DNA from: Acidobacteriota bacterium | Lineage (GTDB): Bacteria > Acidobacteriota > Aminicenantia > S016-38 | DNA length: 64,000 nucleotides | NCBI GenBank assembly: GCA_015486055.1 | Contig: WFSJ01000042.1 | Span: 12,518 to 76,517, forward strand | Direction: 5' to 3' | Made by a program: the position numbers and the translations under genes | Notes under the pieces: model-generated | Told to the model about the DNA's origin: nothing | Databases searched by the model: none | The model's input: only the letters and a program-made list of their open reading frames with translations | Shown: piece after piece, positions 29,815-39,909 of the stretch | Position numbering within the stretch: the first letter of the stretch is position 1 | Layout of the letters: the number at the start of each line of letters is the position of its first letter

Positions 29815-30252
29815 ATGGCAATACTTAAATGGGATCCTTTCAGGGAACTTCAGTCACTCCAAGAAAAAATTGATAGGGTATTTGAGGACAGTCTAAGAAG
29901 CAGAGAAACACCCTCTGGAATTTGGGCACCTGCTGTAGACATATACGAAACGGACAATGCTATAATCCTTGAGGCTGAATTACCAGGAGTAAACGAGAAG
30001 GATATTGATGTGAAGGTTGAAGACAATATTCTCACAGTGAAAGGCGAGAGGAAAATAGAAAACGAGCGGAAAGAGGAAAACTACTACAGGATGGAACGCT
30101 ATTACGGAACATTCCAGAGGTCATTCACACTTCCTTCCAACATAGAGACTAACAAAATAAAAGCTGATTACAAAAAGGGAATTCTGAAGGTAGAAATGCC
30201 GAAAAAGGAACAGGCCAAGCCCAAGCAGATAAAGATAGAAGTAAAGGAGTGA
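29815..30252 (+). CDS. Hsp20/alpha-crystallin small heat-shock protein
   Basis: WDPFREL, PAVDIYET, ELPG, ERYYGTFQRSFTLP and GILKVEMPK. Confidence 0.95.
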   Translation: MAILKWDPFRELQSLQEKIDRVFEDSLRSRETPSGIWAPAVDIYETDNAIILEAELPGVNEKDIDVKVEDNILTVKGERKIENERKEENYYRMERYYGTFQRSFTLPSNIETNKIKADYKKGILKVEMPKKEQAKPKQIKIEVKE

Positions 30253-30259
30253 CCATCAA

Positions 30260-30279
30260 GGGGGGCGGGTTTGCCCCCC
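30260..30279 (+). terminator. GC-rich hairpin after hsp20 (no U-tract)
   Basis: GGGGGGC-GGGTTT-GCCCCCC. Confidence 0.45.
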
Positions 30280-30337
30280 ACTACACAAAAATTCTTCGGA
30301 TACACTCATAAGTAGAAGTTGATGTTATAATTTAATT

Positions 30338-31183
30338 ATGAAGTTTAAAACACTTTTACTGTTTACAATTCTTACTGTGATTTTGCTCTGGGTGGGTGAA
30401 TCCCTGGGGGGGGAAGAAGGGTTAATTCTCGCTCTTCTTTTTGCAGGCGTTTTCAATCTTGGTTCCTATTGGTTTTCTGATTCCATAGTCCTTCGCCTAT
30501 ACAGAGCAAAGGAGGTAGGTCCTGAGGAAGCCCCTCAACTTCACAGGATAGTTGAAGAGCTCGCTACCTCTGCAGGAATTCCAAAGCCAAAAATATACAT
30601 AGTTCCGCAGCAAGCCCCAAATGCCTTTGCAACTGGGAGATCTCCATCCCATGCAGCTGTTGCAGTAACAGAAGGAATATTGAGAGCCCTTGATGAAAGG
30701 GAGCTAAGGGGAGTATTATCACATGAACTGTCTCACATAAGACACAGAGACACATTAATTCAAGCAATGGCAGCTACTCTTGGAGCAGCTATTGTTTTCC
30801 TCGCGAGGCTGGCATTTTTCGCATCTCTGTTCGGTCTCGGTGGAGACGACGACAGAGGAAATCCACTAGAGCTCCTTTTAATGCTCATCCTTGCCCCTAT
30901 AGCAGCTCTTCTTATCCAGCTCGCAATCTCACGCTCAAGGGAATACTTCGCAGATGAGACGGGGGCAAAAATAAGTAGGGACCCTTTAGCTTTGGCATCT
31001 GCCCTTAAGAAGCTTGATAGTTACTCTTCAAAAATTCCCATGGCTGGAAATCCCACAACATCTCATCTTTTTATAGTAGCTCCAAGGTTTAGGGATTCAT
31101 CACTTTTTTCCCTTTTCGCCACCCATCCCCCTACAGAAAAGAGAATTGAGAGACTGAATAAAATCGCAAGGGGGATTTTATGA
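30338..31183 (+). CDS. htpX: Zinc metalloprotease HtpX
   Basis: PNAFATGR, HELSH, SRSREYFAD and THPPTEKRI. Confidence 0.95.
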   Translation: MKFKTLLLFTILTVILLWVGESLGGEEGLILALLFAGVFNLGSYWFSDSIVLRLYRAKEVGPEEAPQLHRIVEELATSAGIPKPKIYIVPQQAPNAFATGRSPSHAAVAVTEGILRALDERELRGVLSHELSHIRHRDTLIQAMAATLGAAIVFLARLAFFASLFGLGGDDDRGNPLELLLMLILAPIAALLIQLAISRSREYFADETGAKISRDPLALASALKKLDSYSSKIPMAGNPTTSHLFIVAPRFRDSSLFSLFATHPPTEKRIERLNKIARGIL

Positions 31184-31737
31184 GGGGAAAAGTTTTAGCT
31201 CTATTTCTTCTTCCTTTATTCATTTGTGCAGGGGCTGAGCAGGGGAAAAATATTGAGGGGAGGTTTTTGAAGATAGAAAAAGCGAGCACAAGAAAGATAA
31301 AAATATTCCAGAAAAAGGAAAGTTTTACCCAAGATGAGCTTAATTCCTTCATAGCATATAAGTTAAAAAATGCAGAGGAAGGAAATGCTATTGATATAAA
31401 GGAAGCAAACCTCAGTATAGGAAAGAAGGATTTCTCTCTTAGAATGATAGGGGTTATGAACAGACCACTTCCTCTTCTTGACATGGAAGCTGCTAACTTA
31501 AGGATATTACCGCTTAGCATGAAATTCACCATTGAACAGAAAAGCTATAAATACAGGATTAGGCTAACAGAATTCAAAATAGGAAATGCAGTGCCTTCGG
31601 GAAAGCTCGTGCTGATAATACTTCAGAGACTGAAGGAATCTACTGGATTAAATTTTGATTTGAAAAACTGGGGAAGATTTCCCTACGGTATAAGAAAGTT
31701 CAAGCAGAAAAAGGAAAAAATAACGGTCTATTATTGA
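31180..31737 (+). CDS. Hypothetical exported protein
   Basis: Signal-like N-terminus; translationally coupled between htpX and recG. Confidence 0.65.
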   Translation: MRGKVLALFLLPLFICAGAEQGKNIEGRFLKIEKASTRKIKIFQKKESFTQDELNSFIAYKLKNAEEGNAIDIKEANLSIGKKDFSLRMIGVMNRPLPLLDMEAANLRILPLSMKFTIEQKSYKYRIRLTEFKIGNAVPSGKLVLIILQRLKESTGLNFDLKNWGRFPYGIRKFKQKKEKITVYY

Positions 31738-33722
31738 TGCTTTCCCCTGAAACAAGCCTCAGGGAAACAAAAGGCATAGGGGAAAGGAGATTTTTCTTAT
31801 TAAAAGAAAGAGGGTTCTCAAAGGTTGAGGACCTTCTATTATATCTCCCGAAAAAATACGAAAAAAGAGGCAGAATTGTTCCCCTATCAGAAGCAGAAGG
31901 AGAAGCAGAGGTTCTTGTAAATGTTATAAAAAGAAAATGGAGAAGAGGCAAAAGGCTGTGGATCTTAGAGGCAGAGGTTGAGGATAGAAGCGGAAAAGCA
32001 AAAGTTATATGGTTTAACAAAAAATATCTCCATAAGATAATTTTTCCTGGAACAAAGCTCTACCTTAAGGGAAAGGTGGAAAGAGGAATGGATATAACGA
32101 TAAAAGCCCCCGAAGTTAAACTTCAGATGGAGGACGGAATAGTTCCGATCTACGAAAGGATAGGCTCCCTGAGTTCAAATACAATACGTAGAATAATAGA
32201 GAACACTCTCAGGAATATTGAGATAAAAGAGACCCTTCCAGAGGAAATAATAAGGGAATATAATTTCCCATCAAGGAAGGACAGCTTTGTTTCACTCCAT
32301 ATGCCAGGCAAGAATTACTCCCTTCAAGGCTTAAACTCGGGAAATACAAAGTTCCACAGAAGATTGATATTTGAGGAAGCATTCTTTTATCATCTTTCCC
32401 TCCTCTACCTGAGACAAAAAAGCATGATTAAAAAGAATAGAGAATATACAGCAGGGCAAAGCACGCTGAGCAGGATTAAGGCAATATTCCCATTTGAGTT
32501 CACAGGGGCTCAGGAAAAAGCACTTGAGGAAATATCTTCGGACCTTTTCTCCCCATATCCCATGAGAAGGCTTCTCCAGGGAGAGGTGGGGAGTGGGAAA
32601 ACTGCAGTCGCAGTTTCCTCGGCTCTTATTCCCGCAATCTCGGGATATCAGGTTGCATTTATGGCTCCAACCGAGGTGCTTGCAGAGCAGCATTACAAGA
32701 GACTCACCCCGATTCTCAAATCCCTCGGGATAAAAACTGCTCTTTTAACAAGCGGGATAAATAGGGAAAGGCGAAGAGAGACAGAATTTAACATAGAGAC
32801 AGGAAGGGCAGGTTTTATTTTCGGAACCCACGCCCTTCTATATGAGGGAATAAATTTCCACAACCTTGCCTATGCAATTATTGATGAACAGCAGAGGTTC
32901 GGAGTTACCCAGAGGGCAAAGCTATACAATAAGGGCAAGGACACTGATTTCCTTCTTCTTTCTGCAACACCCATACCGAGAACCCTTGCCCTTATTTTAT
33001 ACTCTGACCTTAAGCTCTCTACCCTCAGAGAAATGCCAAGGAAAAGGGAAGTTGAAACAAAAGTCCTGAGGGTAAAGAAATTCGGGAGAATCGCTCCTTT
33101 CATAGAAGAACTTCTAAGAAAAGGCCTCCAGGGATTTGCTATATTTCCAGTTATTGAAAGGTCAAAGACAGAGCTTATAGATGCAGAAAGAGGTAAAAAA
33201 AGATTGGAGGAATATTTCCCGAAAGCAAGAATTGAGCTACTTCACGGGCGGATGAAAACGGATGAGAAAAGGGAAAAAATGGAAAGATTTGAAAGAGGAG
33301 AAATAGACATACTTGCTTCAACTACTGTTGTTGAGGTTGGAATAGATATGGAAAGGGCCGGCTTTATGGTTGTATTCAATGCGGAAAGGTTCGGTCTTGC
33401 CCAGCTCCACCAGCTAAGAGGAAGAATAGGGAGGGGGAAAAACAGGGGATATTTTTTCCTCCTCTCCGAACTACAGCTTCCCAGGCTCAAATATCTTGAA
33501 AAAATCAGCGACGGATTCAAGGTTTCCGAAATTGACCTTAGGCTCAGGGGACCTGGGAACTTAGCAGGTAAAGAACAATGGGGAATTCCAAAGTTCAGGC
33601 TTCTGAATCCTCTGCTTCACGAAGAAATTCTATACGCCTCAAAGCAGGAGGCTTCAAAATATCTGAGCTTTATGGAAAACAAATTTTCCAATATAATAGG
33701 AAAGGAGATAAGCGTAGGATAA
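31737..33722 (+). CDS. recG: ATP-dependent DNA helicase RecG
   Basis: LLQGEVGSGKT, MAPTEVLAEQH, DEQQRFG, SATPIPRTL, LHQLRGRIGRG and DLRLRGPG. Confidence 0.96.
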   Translation: MLSPETSLRETKGIGERRFFLLKERGFSKVEDLLLYLPKKYEKRGRIVPLSEAEGEAEVLVNVIKRKWRRGKRLWILEAEVEDRSGKAKVIWFNKKYLHKIIFPGTKLYLKGKVERGMDITIKAPEVKLQMEDGIVPIYERIGSLSSNTIRRIIENTLRNIEIKETLPEEIIREYNFPSRKDSFVSLHMPGKNYSLQGLNSGNTKFHRRLIFEEAFFYHLSLLYLRQKSMIKKNREYTAGQSTLSRIKAIFPFEFTGAQEKALEEISSDLFSPYPMRRLLQGEVGSGKTAVAVSSALIPAISGYQVAFMAPTEVLAEQHYKRLTPILKSLGIKTALLTSGINRERRRETEFNIETGRAGFIFGTHALLYEGINFHNLAYAIIDEQQRFGVTQRAKLYNKGKDTDFLLLSATPIPRTLALILYSDLKLSTLREMPRKREVETKVLRVKKFGRIAPFIEELLRKGLQGFAIFPVIERSKTELIDAERGKKRLEEYFPKARIELLHGRMKTDEKREKMERFERGEIDILASTTVVEVGIDMERAGFMVVFNAERFGLAQLHQLRGRIGRGKNRGYFFLLSELQLPRLKYLEKISDGFKVSEIDLRLRGPGNLAGKEQWGIPKFRLLNPLLHEEILYASKQEASKYLSFMENKFSNIIGKEISVG

Positions 33723-34276
33723 TGCTCAGGATAATTTCTGGAAGAATTAAAGGCAAGAGACTCTCGTCTCCAAAGGGCATGGAAATAAGGCCGACCCCTA
33801 TAAGACTCAAAAGGAGAATGTTTGACATATTGAGCTATAAAATCATAGGTTCAAATTTTCTTGATGGCTTTGCGGGAACGGGAGCAGTAGGGATTGAGGC
33901 CTATTCCCTTGGCGCATCCCTTATATATTTCATAGAAAAGGAAAGGGAGGCTGTAAAAATCCTTGAGAAGAATATAAAGAGGATAGGCAATCCCACTGAG
34001 GTCCACATAATTAATGATGAGTTTAATATGGGTGTAAAGGAACTCCAGGAAAAGAGGACTCTTTTCGATTTCATCTTTATTGATCCGCCATATCGATTCC
34101 TTGACTATGCTAACCCTTTCAAAATATTGTATAAAAAGAATATACTCAAGGAAGACGGGGTAATAATCCTTCAGAAAGAATGCAAACTTAAAATAAAAAA
34201 ACCTTTCTTTCAGCTCTTTAGAAAGATAAGGGAAGGGAAAAACTGTCTTCTATTTTTCAGGAGGGAACAATGGTAG
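33722..34276 (+). CDS. rsmD: 16S rRNA m2G966 methyltransferase
   Basis: MLRIISG, RPT, LDGFAGTG and DPPY. Start at ATG 33722, coupled to the recG stop. Confidence 0.92.
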   Translation: MLRIISGRIKGKRLSSPKGMEIRPTPIRLKRRMFDILSYKIIGSNFLDGFAGTGAVGIEAYSLGASLIYFIEKEREAVKILEKNIKRIGNPTEVHIINDEFNMGVKELQEKRTLFDFIFIDPPYRFLDYANPFKILYKKNILKEDGVIILQKECKLKIKKPFFQLFRKIREGKNCLLFFRREQW

Positions 34277-35508
34277 CAGAAATAATAGCAATTGGCTCTG
34301 AACTCCTCAGTCCTTACAGGATTGATACAAATTCCCTTGAGCTTACCGAAAAGCTAATGGAAATGGGAATACGGGTTGGAGGAAAATGTGTTGTTGGGGA
34401 CAATGAGGAAGACATATCAAGGGCAATAAGAACTGCTGCATCAAGGGCTCAGCTAATAATAATAACAGGAGGCCTGGGTCCAACAAACGACGACAAAACA
34501 AGGGAAGGAATATCAAAAGCTCTTAAACTGAATCTTATTTTCAAAAAGGAAATCCATAATCAAATAATAGAAAAATATAGGCAGATGAAGAGGAATGCAG
34601 AACCCCCTGATAATCTTGCAAGGATGGCTTTCGTTCCAGAGGGAGCGGAAATAATAGAAAACAATGTTGGAGCCGCTCCTGGCTTATGGATAGAGATGAA
34701 GGAAGGGGAACTTTATATACTCTCTCTACCTGGACCTCCCCAGGAGTGGAGGCCAATGTTTGAAGTTGTAAGGGAAAAACTTTCCAGTTTCGGAAATCAC
34801 TTCTTTTCAAGAAGAAGTCTCAGGATCGCCGGACTTAGGGAAGCAGAGGTCGAGGAAAAAATTTCACCTATTTATACAGGAGTCAAAAATCCATCGGTCA
34901 CAATCCTCTCCTCTGCCGAGGACATTCAAATTCAGATATGGGGAAAAGCAAAGGAAAAGCAAGAAGCAGAGAGGCTCGCTGAGGAAATGAAGGAAAGTTT
35001 CCTTAATGTCTTAGAGGATAATGTGTATTCTCTAAAGGACGAACCTCTTGAGAAAGTAGTGGGGGAGCTTTTGAGGAAAAAAGAAAAAACCTTAGCAGTT
35101 GCTGAAAGCTGCACCGGAGGACTCCTTTCCCATAGGATAACGAATGTACCCAAAAGCTCTGACTATTTCCTCTTTAGTGGTGTAGTTTACAGCAATGAAG
35201 CTAAAATAAAGGTTTTAGGCGTAAATGAAAAGGACATAAAGGAACACGGAGCCGTCAGTGAGGAAATAGCTACCCAGATGGCAGAAGGTGTGAGAAAAAC
35301 GGCTGGGGCAGACTTCGGCATAGGAATTACAGGCATAGCAGGTCCAGGAGGTGGAACAAAGGAAAAACCTGTTGGTCTTGTTTACATAAGCCTGAGCTGG
35401 GAAGGAGGCGCAGAAACGAAAAGGTTCAGGTTCCCGGGCACAAGACTTCAGGTAAAAACATACGCAACATCCCATGCCCTTAATATGCTGAGAAAGAGGT
35501 TGCTTTGA
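34270..35508 (+). CDS. cinA: CinA family (MoCF-binding domain + PncC NMN deamidase domain)
   Basis: IGSELL, GGLGPTNDDKT, AESCTGG and TGIAGPGGG. Confidence 0.93.
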   Translation: MVAEIIAIGSELLSPYRIDTNSLELTEKLMEMGIRVGGKCVVGDNEEDISRAIRTAASRAQLIIITGGLGPTNDDKTREGISKALKLNLIFKKEIHNQIIEKYRQMKRNAEPPDNLARMAFVPEGAEIIENNVGAAPGLWIEMKEGELYILSLPGPPQEWRPMFEVVREKLSSFGNHFFSRRSLRIAGLREAEVEEKISPIYTGVKNPSVTILSSAEDIQIQIWGKAKEKQEAERLAEEMKESFLNVLEDNVYSLKDEPLEKVVGELLRKKEKTLAVAESCTGGLLSHRITNVPKSSDYFLFSGVVYSNEAKIKVLGVNEKDIKEHGAVSEEIATQMAEGVRKTAGADFGIGITGIAGPGGGTKEKPVGLVYISLSWEGGAETKRFRFPGTRLQVKTYATSHALNMLRKRLL

Positions 35509-36062
35509 GGCTTTTTATAGCGGTTGAAATCCCTGATGAAATAAAGGATGGGATAGAAAAGGAAATAAAAAGACTGAAAAGATTGGGAGGAAATATAAAA
35601 TGGGTAAGGAGAAATGCCATTCATATTACCCTGAAATTCCTCGGGGAAGTTGAAAAGGAAAAGATTGAATGGATAGAGAAAACAATGGAAAAAACAGCTG
35701 GGGAATTTCAAAGCTTTGGAATATCAATTGAGAAATGTGGAACCTTTCCTCCACACAGCTTCAGGCCAAGGGTGCTATGGGTGGGAATGAAGGACGAAAA
35801 GCCTTTGGTCCTGCTCCAGGAAAGACTTGAAACTGAGCTGGCAAAACTTGGCTTTAAGAAAGAGACGCGAGCATTTTTTCCCCATGTGACGATTGGAAGA
35901 GTGAAAGGAAATTCTGCAATAAGGAAAGTCGTTGGCGAGATGAGGGCCATAGAAGGAAAGGAATTTGGTAAAATGGGGGCTGATAGAATAACTCTTTTTA
36001 GCTCAACTCTGACACCCGAAGGTCCAATATACAAAAAGCTCCACGAGGCTAAATTAGAATGA
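35505..36062 (+). CDS. thpR: RNA 2',3'-cyclic phosphodiesterase (2H family)
   Basis: RLFIAV, HITLKFLG and PHVTIGR. Confidence 0.92.
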   Translation: MRLFIAVEIPDEIKDGIEKEIKRLKRLGGNIKWVRRNAIHITLKFLGEVEKEKIEWIEKTMEKTAGEFQSFGISIEKCGTFPPHSFRPRVLWVGMKDEKPLVLLQERLETELAKLGFKKETRAFFPHVTIGRVKGNSAIRKVVGEMRAIEGKEFGKMGADRITLFSSTLTPEGPIYKKLHEAKLE

Positions 36063-36646
36063 TTTACGCCTTGTATTTAATCTCGTTTCTTTCAGGCTCT
36101 ATTCCATTCGGGTATATACTTTACAAACTTTTCAGAAGAGAAGATATAAGAGGGAAAGGAAGCGGAAATATAGGTGCAACAAATGTTCTCAGAAGCGGTG
36201 GCATATGGATAGGCACAGTTGTGGGAATTCTTGACATAAGCAAGGCTGCAATACCTGCTTTTATATGTTTGAAGAATTATGGCCAGCTTCAAGGGGCAAT
36301 ATGCGGCCTAATGGCAGTCATCGGACACTGTTTCACCCCATTCCTGAGTTTCAAAGGAGGAAAGGGGGTATCTACTTATATAGGTTCTTCCCTATTTTTA
36401 ACCCCAATTTCGTTAGCACTTTCCGTCCTGATTTTTCTCTCCTCTGCTTTTATTACAGGGATAGTCTCTGCGGGTTCCCTTCTCCTCGCGGCTTCTCTTC
36501 CTATCCTGAGCCTTATTCTCTACAAATCCCTCAGGATGGCAATTATCCAATTGCTCGGGACTGTCGTAATATACATCAGGCATAAAGAAAATATAAAAAG
36601 AATCCTGAACAAAGGAGAAAGCAAAATATGGAAGGGATTTATATAA
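36059..36646 (+). CDS. plsY: Glycerol-3-phosphate acyltransferase
   Basis: GSIPFG, GSGNIGATNVLR, FKGGKGV and HKENIKR. Confidence 0.95.
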   Translation: MIYALYLISFLSGSIPFGYILYKLFRREDIRGKGSGNIGATNVLRSGGIWIGTVVGILDISKAAIPAFICLKNYGQLQGAICGLMAVIGHCFTPFLSFKGGKGVSTYIGSSLFLTPISLALSVLIFLSSAFITGIVSAGSLLLAASLPILSLILYKSLRMAIIQLLGTVVIYIRHKENIKRILNKGESKIWKGFI

Positions 36647-37617
36647 TAGGGGCAGGAAGCTGGGGAACCGCCTTCAGCTATCATTTGGCAAGGAAAGGGA
36701 TAAAAGTAAAACTATGGGTAAGGGAAAAAGAACTATTTGAGAAAATAAAGAATGAAAGAGAAAACACATGGTTTCTTCCTGGCTTTAAGCTAAACGAGAA
36801 AATTGAACCCTTTAATGACCTTTCTCTCTTTTCTGAGCAACCACCTGAGCTCACATTCCTTGCGGTGCCGACAAAATACATGAGATCTGTCCTGAGGAAA
36901 TTCCCTGCAAGGCCAAAAGTAGTAGTGAACCTCTCCAAAGGAATAGAGGTGGAGACCCTCGCGAGAATGAGCGAAGTCATAAGGGAAGAACTCGGCATGG
37001 TGGAATATGCTGTTCTTTCAGGCCCGACCTTCGCTTTAGAAGTAGCAGAGGGAAACCCAACTGTCGTTGTGGTAGCCTCAAAAAAATATGAGCTTGCGAA
37101 AAAGGTTCAGGAAATTGTCTCTGACCAGTATCTAAGGGCATATACATCCGACGATGTTCTTGGGGTAGAGCTCTGCGGAGCAGTGAAAAATGTCATAGCT
37201 ATAGCTGGAGGGGCTGTAGAAGGCCTCGGCTTCGGGCACAATACACTTGCAGCCCTTATAGTGAGGGGAATTGCTGAGATGAAAAGGATTGCAAACGCAA
37301 TGGGAGCAAACCCCGAAACAATATCAGGGATAGCAGGAGTAGGTGACCTTGTCCTGACAGCCACAGGAAATCTCAGCAGAAACAGAAAAGTAGGATATGA
37401 GCTCGGCAAAGGAAAATCCTTAAAAGAGGTTCTTTCTTCCATGAAGATGGTGGCAGAGGGAATCGAGACATCAAAGGCCATTGTAAAGCTCGCCGGGAAA
37501 TATGGTGTTGAAATGCCCATATCGGAAAAGATGGTAGAGGTCGTATTTGGAGGGAAAAATTTAAAGAAAGCCTTAAAGGAACTTATGACAAGAAAATTAA
37601 AGATGGAAAATGAATAA
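36628..37617 (+). CDS. gpsA: NAD(P)H-dependent glycerol-3-phosphate dehydrogenase
   Basis: GAGSWGTA, SKGIE, SGPTFA, KNVIAIA and GDLVLTATGNLSRN. Confidence 0.96.
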   Translation: MEGIYIIGAGSWGTAFSYHLARKGIKVKLWVREKELFEKIKNERENTWFLPGFKLNEKIEPFNDLSLFSEQPPELTFLAVPTKYMRSVLRKFPARPKVVVNLSKGIEVETLARMSEVIREELGMVEYAVLSGPTFALEVAEGNPTVVVVASKKYELAKKVQEIVSDQYLRAYTSDDVLGVELCGAVKNVIAIAGGAVEGLGFGHNTLAALIVRGIAEMKRIANAMGANPETISGIAGVGDLVLTATGNLSRNRKVGYELGKGKSLKEVLSSMKMVAEGIETSKAIVKLAGKYGVEMPISEKMVEVVFGGKNLKKALKELMTRKLKMENE

Positions 37618-39121
37618 GCTCTACGTAGAAATTTTAGACAAGAAAGGGAATAAAACTTACAGAATAGAAGGGAATTCTGCCACAATTGGAAGGGCCACGG
37701 GAAATGATATAACCATAAAGGATTCCACAGTTTCAAGAAAACACGCGGAGATATTTTTCAAGGAAAACAGATGGTATATAAAGGATCTTAAAAGCACCAA
37801 TGGAACCTTTGTAAACGGGAAAAAAGTCAAAGGTGAAATGAGGCTTTACGAAAAGGACATAGTGGAAATAGGTAAAAGAAGCATAATTCCTATCAAACTC
37901 CCTTCAGGTATGGAAATAGGGAAGGAAAAGATCCCTCAGGATATAACATACTTTATTGGTGACTTAGAAAAGAGAAAATGGGCCAGAATAATGGAAGGGA
38001 TTGAGGAAATAGGAAAGGAATTGGTGGCCTTATCTTCCTACGATAGAATTCTGAACAGAGTGGCTGAGGTAGCCAGGGAGATCTTAAATGTAGAAAGAGC
38101 CTTTGTAGTGCTCAAAAAGGAAAATAAGTTTAAGTTGGCGGCAACATCAGTAAAGAAAGGGATTGAAGGCGGTATTACCATAAGTGAGTCTATATTAAAA
38201 AGGGCAATGGAAAGTAAGGTTGGAATAATAACCCAGGATGCACTGAGTGACAAAAGATTCTCCGGGCAAAAGAGCATAATGAACATGAAAATAAGATCTG
38301 CAGTATGCGTTCCCATATGGAGAAGGGAGGAAGTTCTCGGAGCTATATATGTTGACAGCTCCATAGACAAGAGAATTCACACTGAGGAAGATGTTGAACT
38401 CCTTTCAATCCTCGGAAACTATGTAGCAGTAGTGATAGAACAGAAAAGAATAATGGAAGAACTGAAAAAGCAGCAAAGAATGAGGGAAAGGCTGGAAAAA
38501 TACCATTCTCCTGCTGTAGTCCAGAGGATATTCAGCAAGGGACTTGAAACAACATTCATCCCCAGAAAGTTCTTTATGGGAGAAGGAACAGTGCTTTTTG
38601 CGGATGTAGTAGGATTTACTTCCTTAGTTAGTGAAGGAAAACCTGAGGAAATAGGAAATCTTCTTAACGAGTTCCTTTCAAGGATGACTGACATCGTTTT
38701 CAAATATGAAGGCACTCTTGATAAATACTTAGGAGACGGGGTAATGGCAGTTTTCGGAATCCCCATGAAGCAGGAAAACCATGAAGAAAGAGCCCTGAGG
38801 ACTGCTATTGAAATGCAGAGGGAAATTGAAAATACAAAATGGAAGAAACCGCTAAAAATAAGAATAGGAATAAATTCAGGAGGGGTAATAGCAGGGGATT
38901 TTGGCTCTGAAAAAAGACTTGAATTTACTGTCATAGGACACAGCGTAAATATCGCCTCCAGACTCCAGAGTGAGATCGCTCCACCAGGCAGAACTGCTGT
39001 TGGGGAAAAAACATACGAGAAAACAAAGGAAAAATTTGAGTTTGAATCCCTTGGAAAAGTAAAAGTGAAAGGAATAAAGGAAAAAATGGATGCATATTTA
39101 CTTAAGGAGGAAAAGAAATGA
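37610..39121 (+). CDS. FHA-GAF-class III adenylate cyclase
   Basis: FHA (IGR, VSRKH, STNGTFVNG), GAF (RSAVCVPI...GAIYVD), and cyclase (FADVVGFT, DKYLGDG, FTVIG..VNIASRL). Confidence 0.92.
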   Translation: MNKLYVEILDKKGNKTYRIEGNSATIGRATGNDITIKDSTVSRKHAEIFFKENRWYIKDLKSTNGTFVNGKKVKGEMRLYEKDIVEIGKRSIIPIKLPSGMEIGKEKIPQDITYFIGDLEKRKWARIMEGIEEIGKELVALSSYDRILNRVAEVAREILNVERAFVVLKKENKFKLAATSVKKGIEGGITISESILKRAMESKVGIITQDALSDKRFSGQKSIMNMKIRSAVCVPIWRREEVLGAIYVDSSIDKRIHTEEDVELLSILGNYVAVVIEQKRIMEELKKQQRMRERLEKYHSPAVVQRIFSKGLETTFIPRKFFMGEGTVLFADVVGFTSLVSEGKPEEIGNLLNEFLSRMTDIVFKYEGTLDKYLGDGVMAVFGIPMKQENHEERALRTAIEMQREIENTKWKKPLKIRIGINSGGVIAGDFGSEKRLEFTVIGHSVNIASRLQSEIAPPGRTAVGEKTYEKTKEKFEFESLGKVKVKGIKEKMDAYLLKEEKK

Positions 39122-39864
39122 GAAAAATTGTAATTTTAACTCTAATGAGCATATTGGTTATACCTATCTACGGGAGGAAAAAGAAGAAAAAAGACGAATT
39201 CTATTATTACAATATGGGCCTTTCCATGCTGCAGAAAAAACAACCTAACAAAGCGATTGTATATCTTGCAAAGGCAGAAAATTTAAATCCAAAGAACTTT
39301 CAAATATTTCATGCATTGGGCATATCCTATTCAATGGCAGGTAACCTGGACAAAGCTGAGTTCTACTTCAGGAAATCAATATCACTTAATCCTGCTTATG
39401 GTCCCTCACATAATCTTTTAGGGGTTATACTTATAGAAAAAGGAAAATACAAAGAGGCTGAAGCTGAGTTCAAGAAAGCGCTTGAGGACATAGGATATCC
39501 CACAAAAGAGATAGTGTATTTCAACATGGCAAAGTTGTATTTAAAAATGGGGAATCAAGAGAAGGCCCTTGCATCCCTTGACTTTGCCATAGGAGCTGAC
39601 AAGGATTATGGAATGGCTTATGCTCTAAAAGGCTATATATACTTTTCAAAAGGGGAATTATCCAAGGCCGAGGAATTTTACAGAACAGCATTAGAAAAGG
39701 AAAGAGATAATCCAAGATATTGGTTTGGCCTCGGAGAAGTCCTTGAAAAAGAGGGAAAGATAGAGGATGCTAAGGCTGCTTACAGCAAAGTTCTCGTGGT
39801 ACCCTCCGATACTGAATTAAAAATAAGAGCAGAGGAAAAACTCAAAAAACTTGAAAAAAAATGA
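39118..39864 (+). CDS. Exported tetratricopeptide-repeat protein (PilF/PilW-like)
   Basis: Signal peptide followed by tandem TPR motifs. Confidence 0.8.
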   Translation: MRKIVILTLMSILVIPIYGRKKKKKDEFYYYNMGLSMLQKKQPNKAIVYLAKAENLNPKNFQIFHALGISYSMAGNLDKAEFYFRKSISLNPAYGPSHNLLGVILIEKGKYKEAEAEFKKALEDIGYPTKEIVYFNMAKLYLKMGNQEKALASLDFAIGADKDYGMAYALKGYIYFSKGELSKAEEFYRTALEKERDNPRYWFGLGEVLEKEGKIEDAKAAYSKVLVVPSDTELKIRAEEKLKKLEKK

Positions 39865-39909
39865 ACTCGTTATATTATAAAAGTAGAAAGAAAAAATAGG
39901 GGTTAAAAA

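Noticed and set aside
33578-33721. Long N-terminal extension of rsmD
   Set aside because: It overlaps the recG 3' end, and homology starts at MLRIISG (33722).
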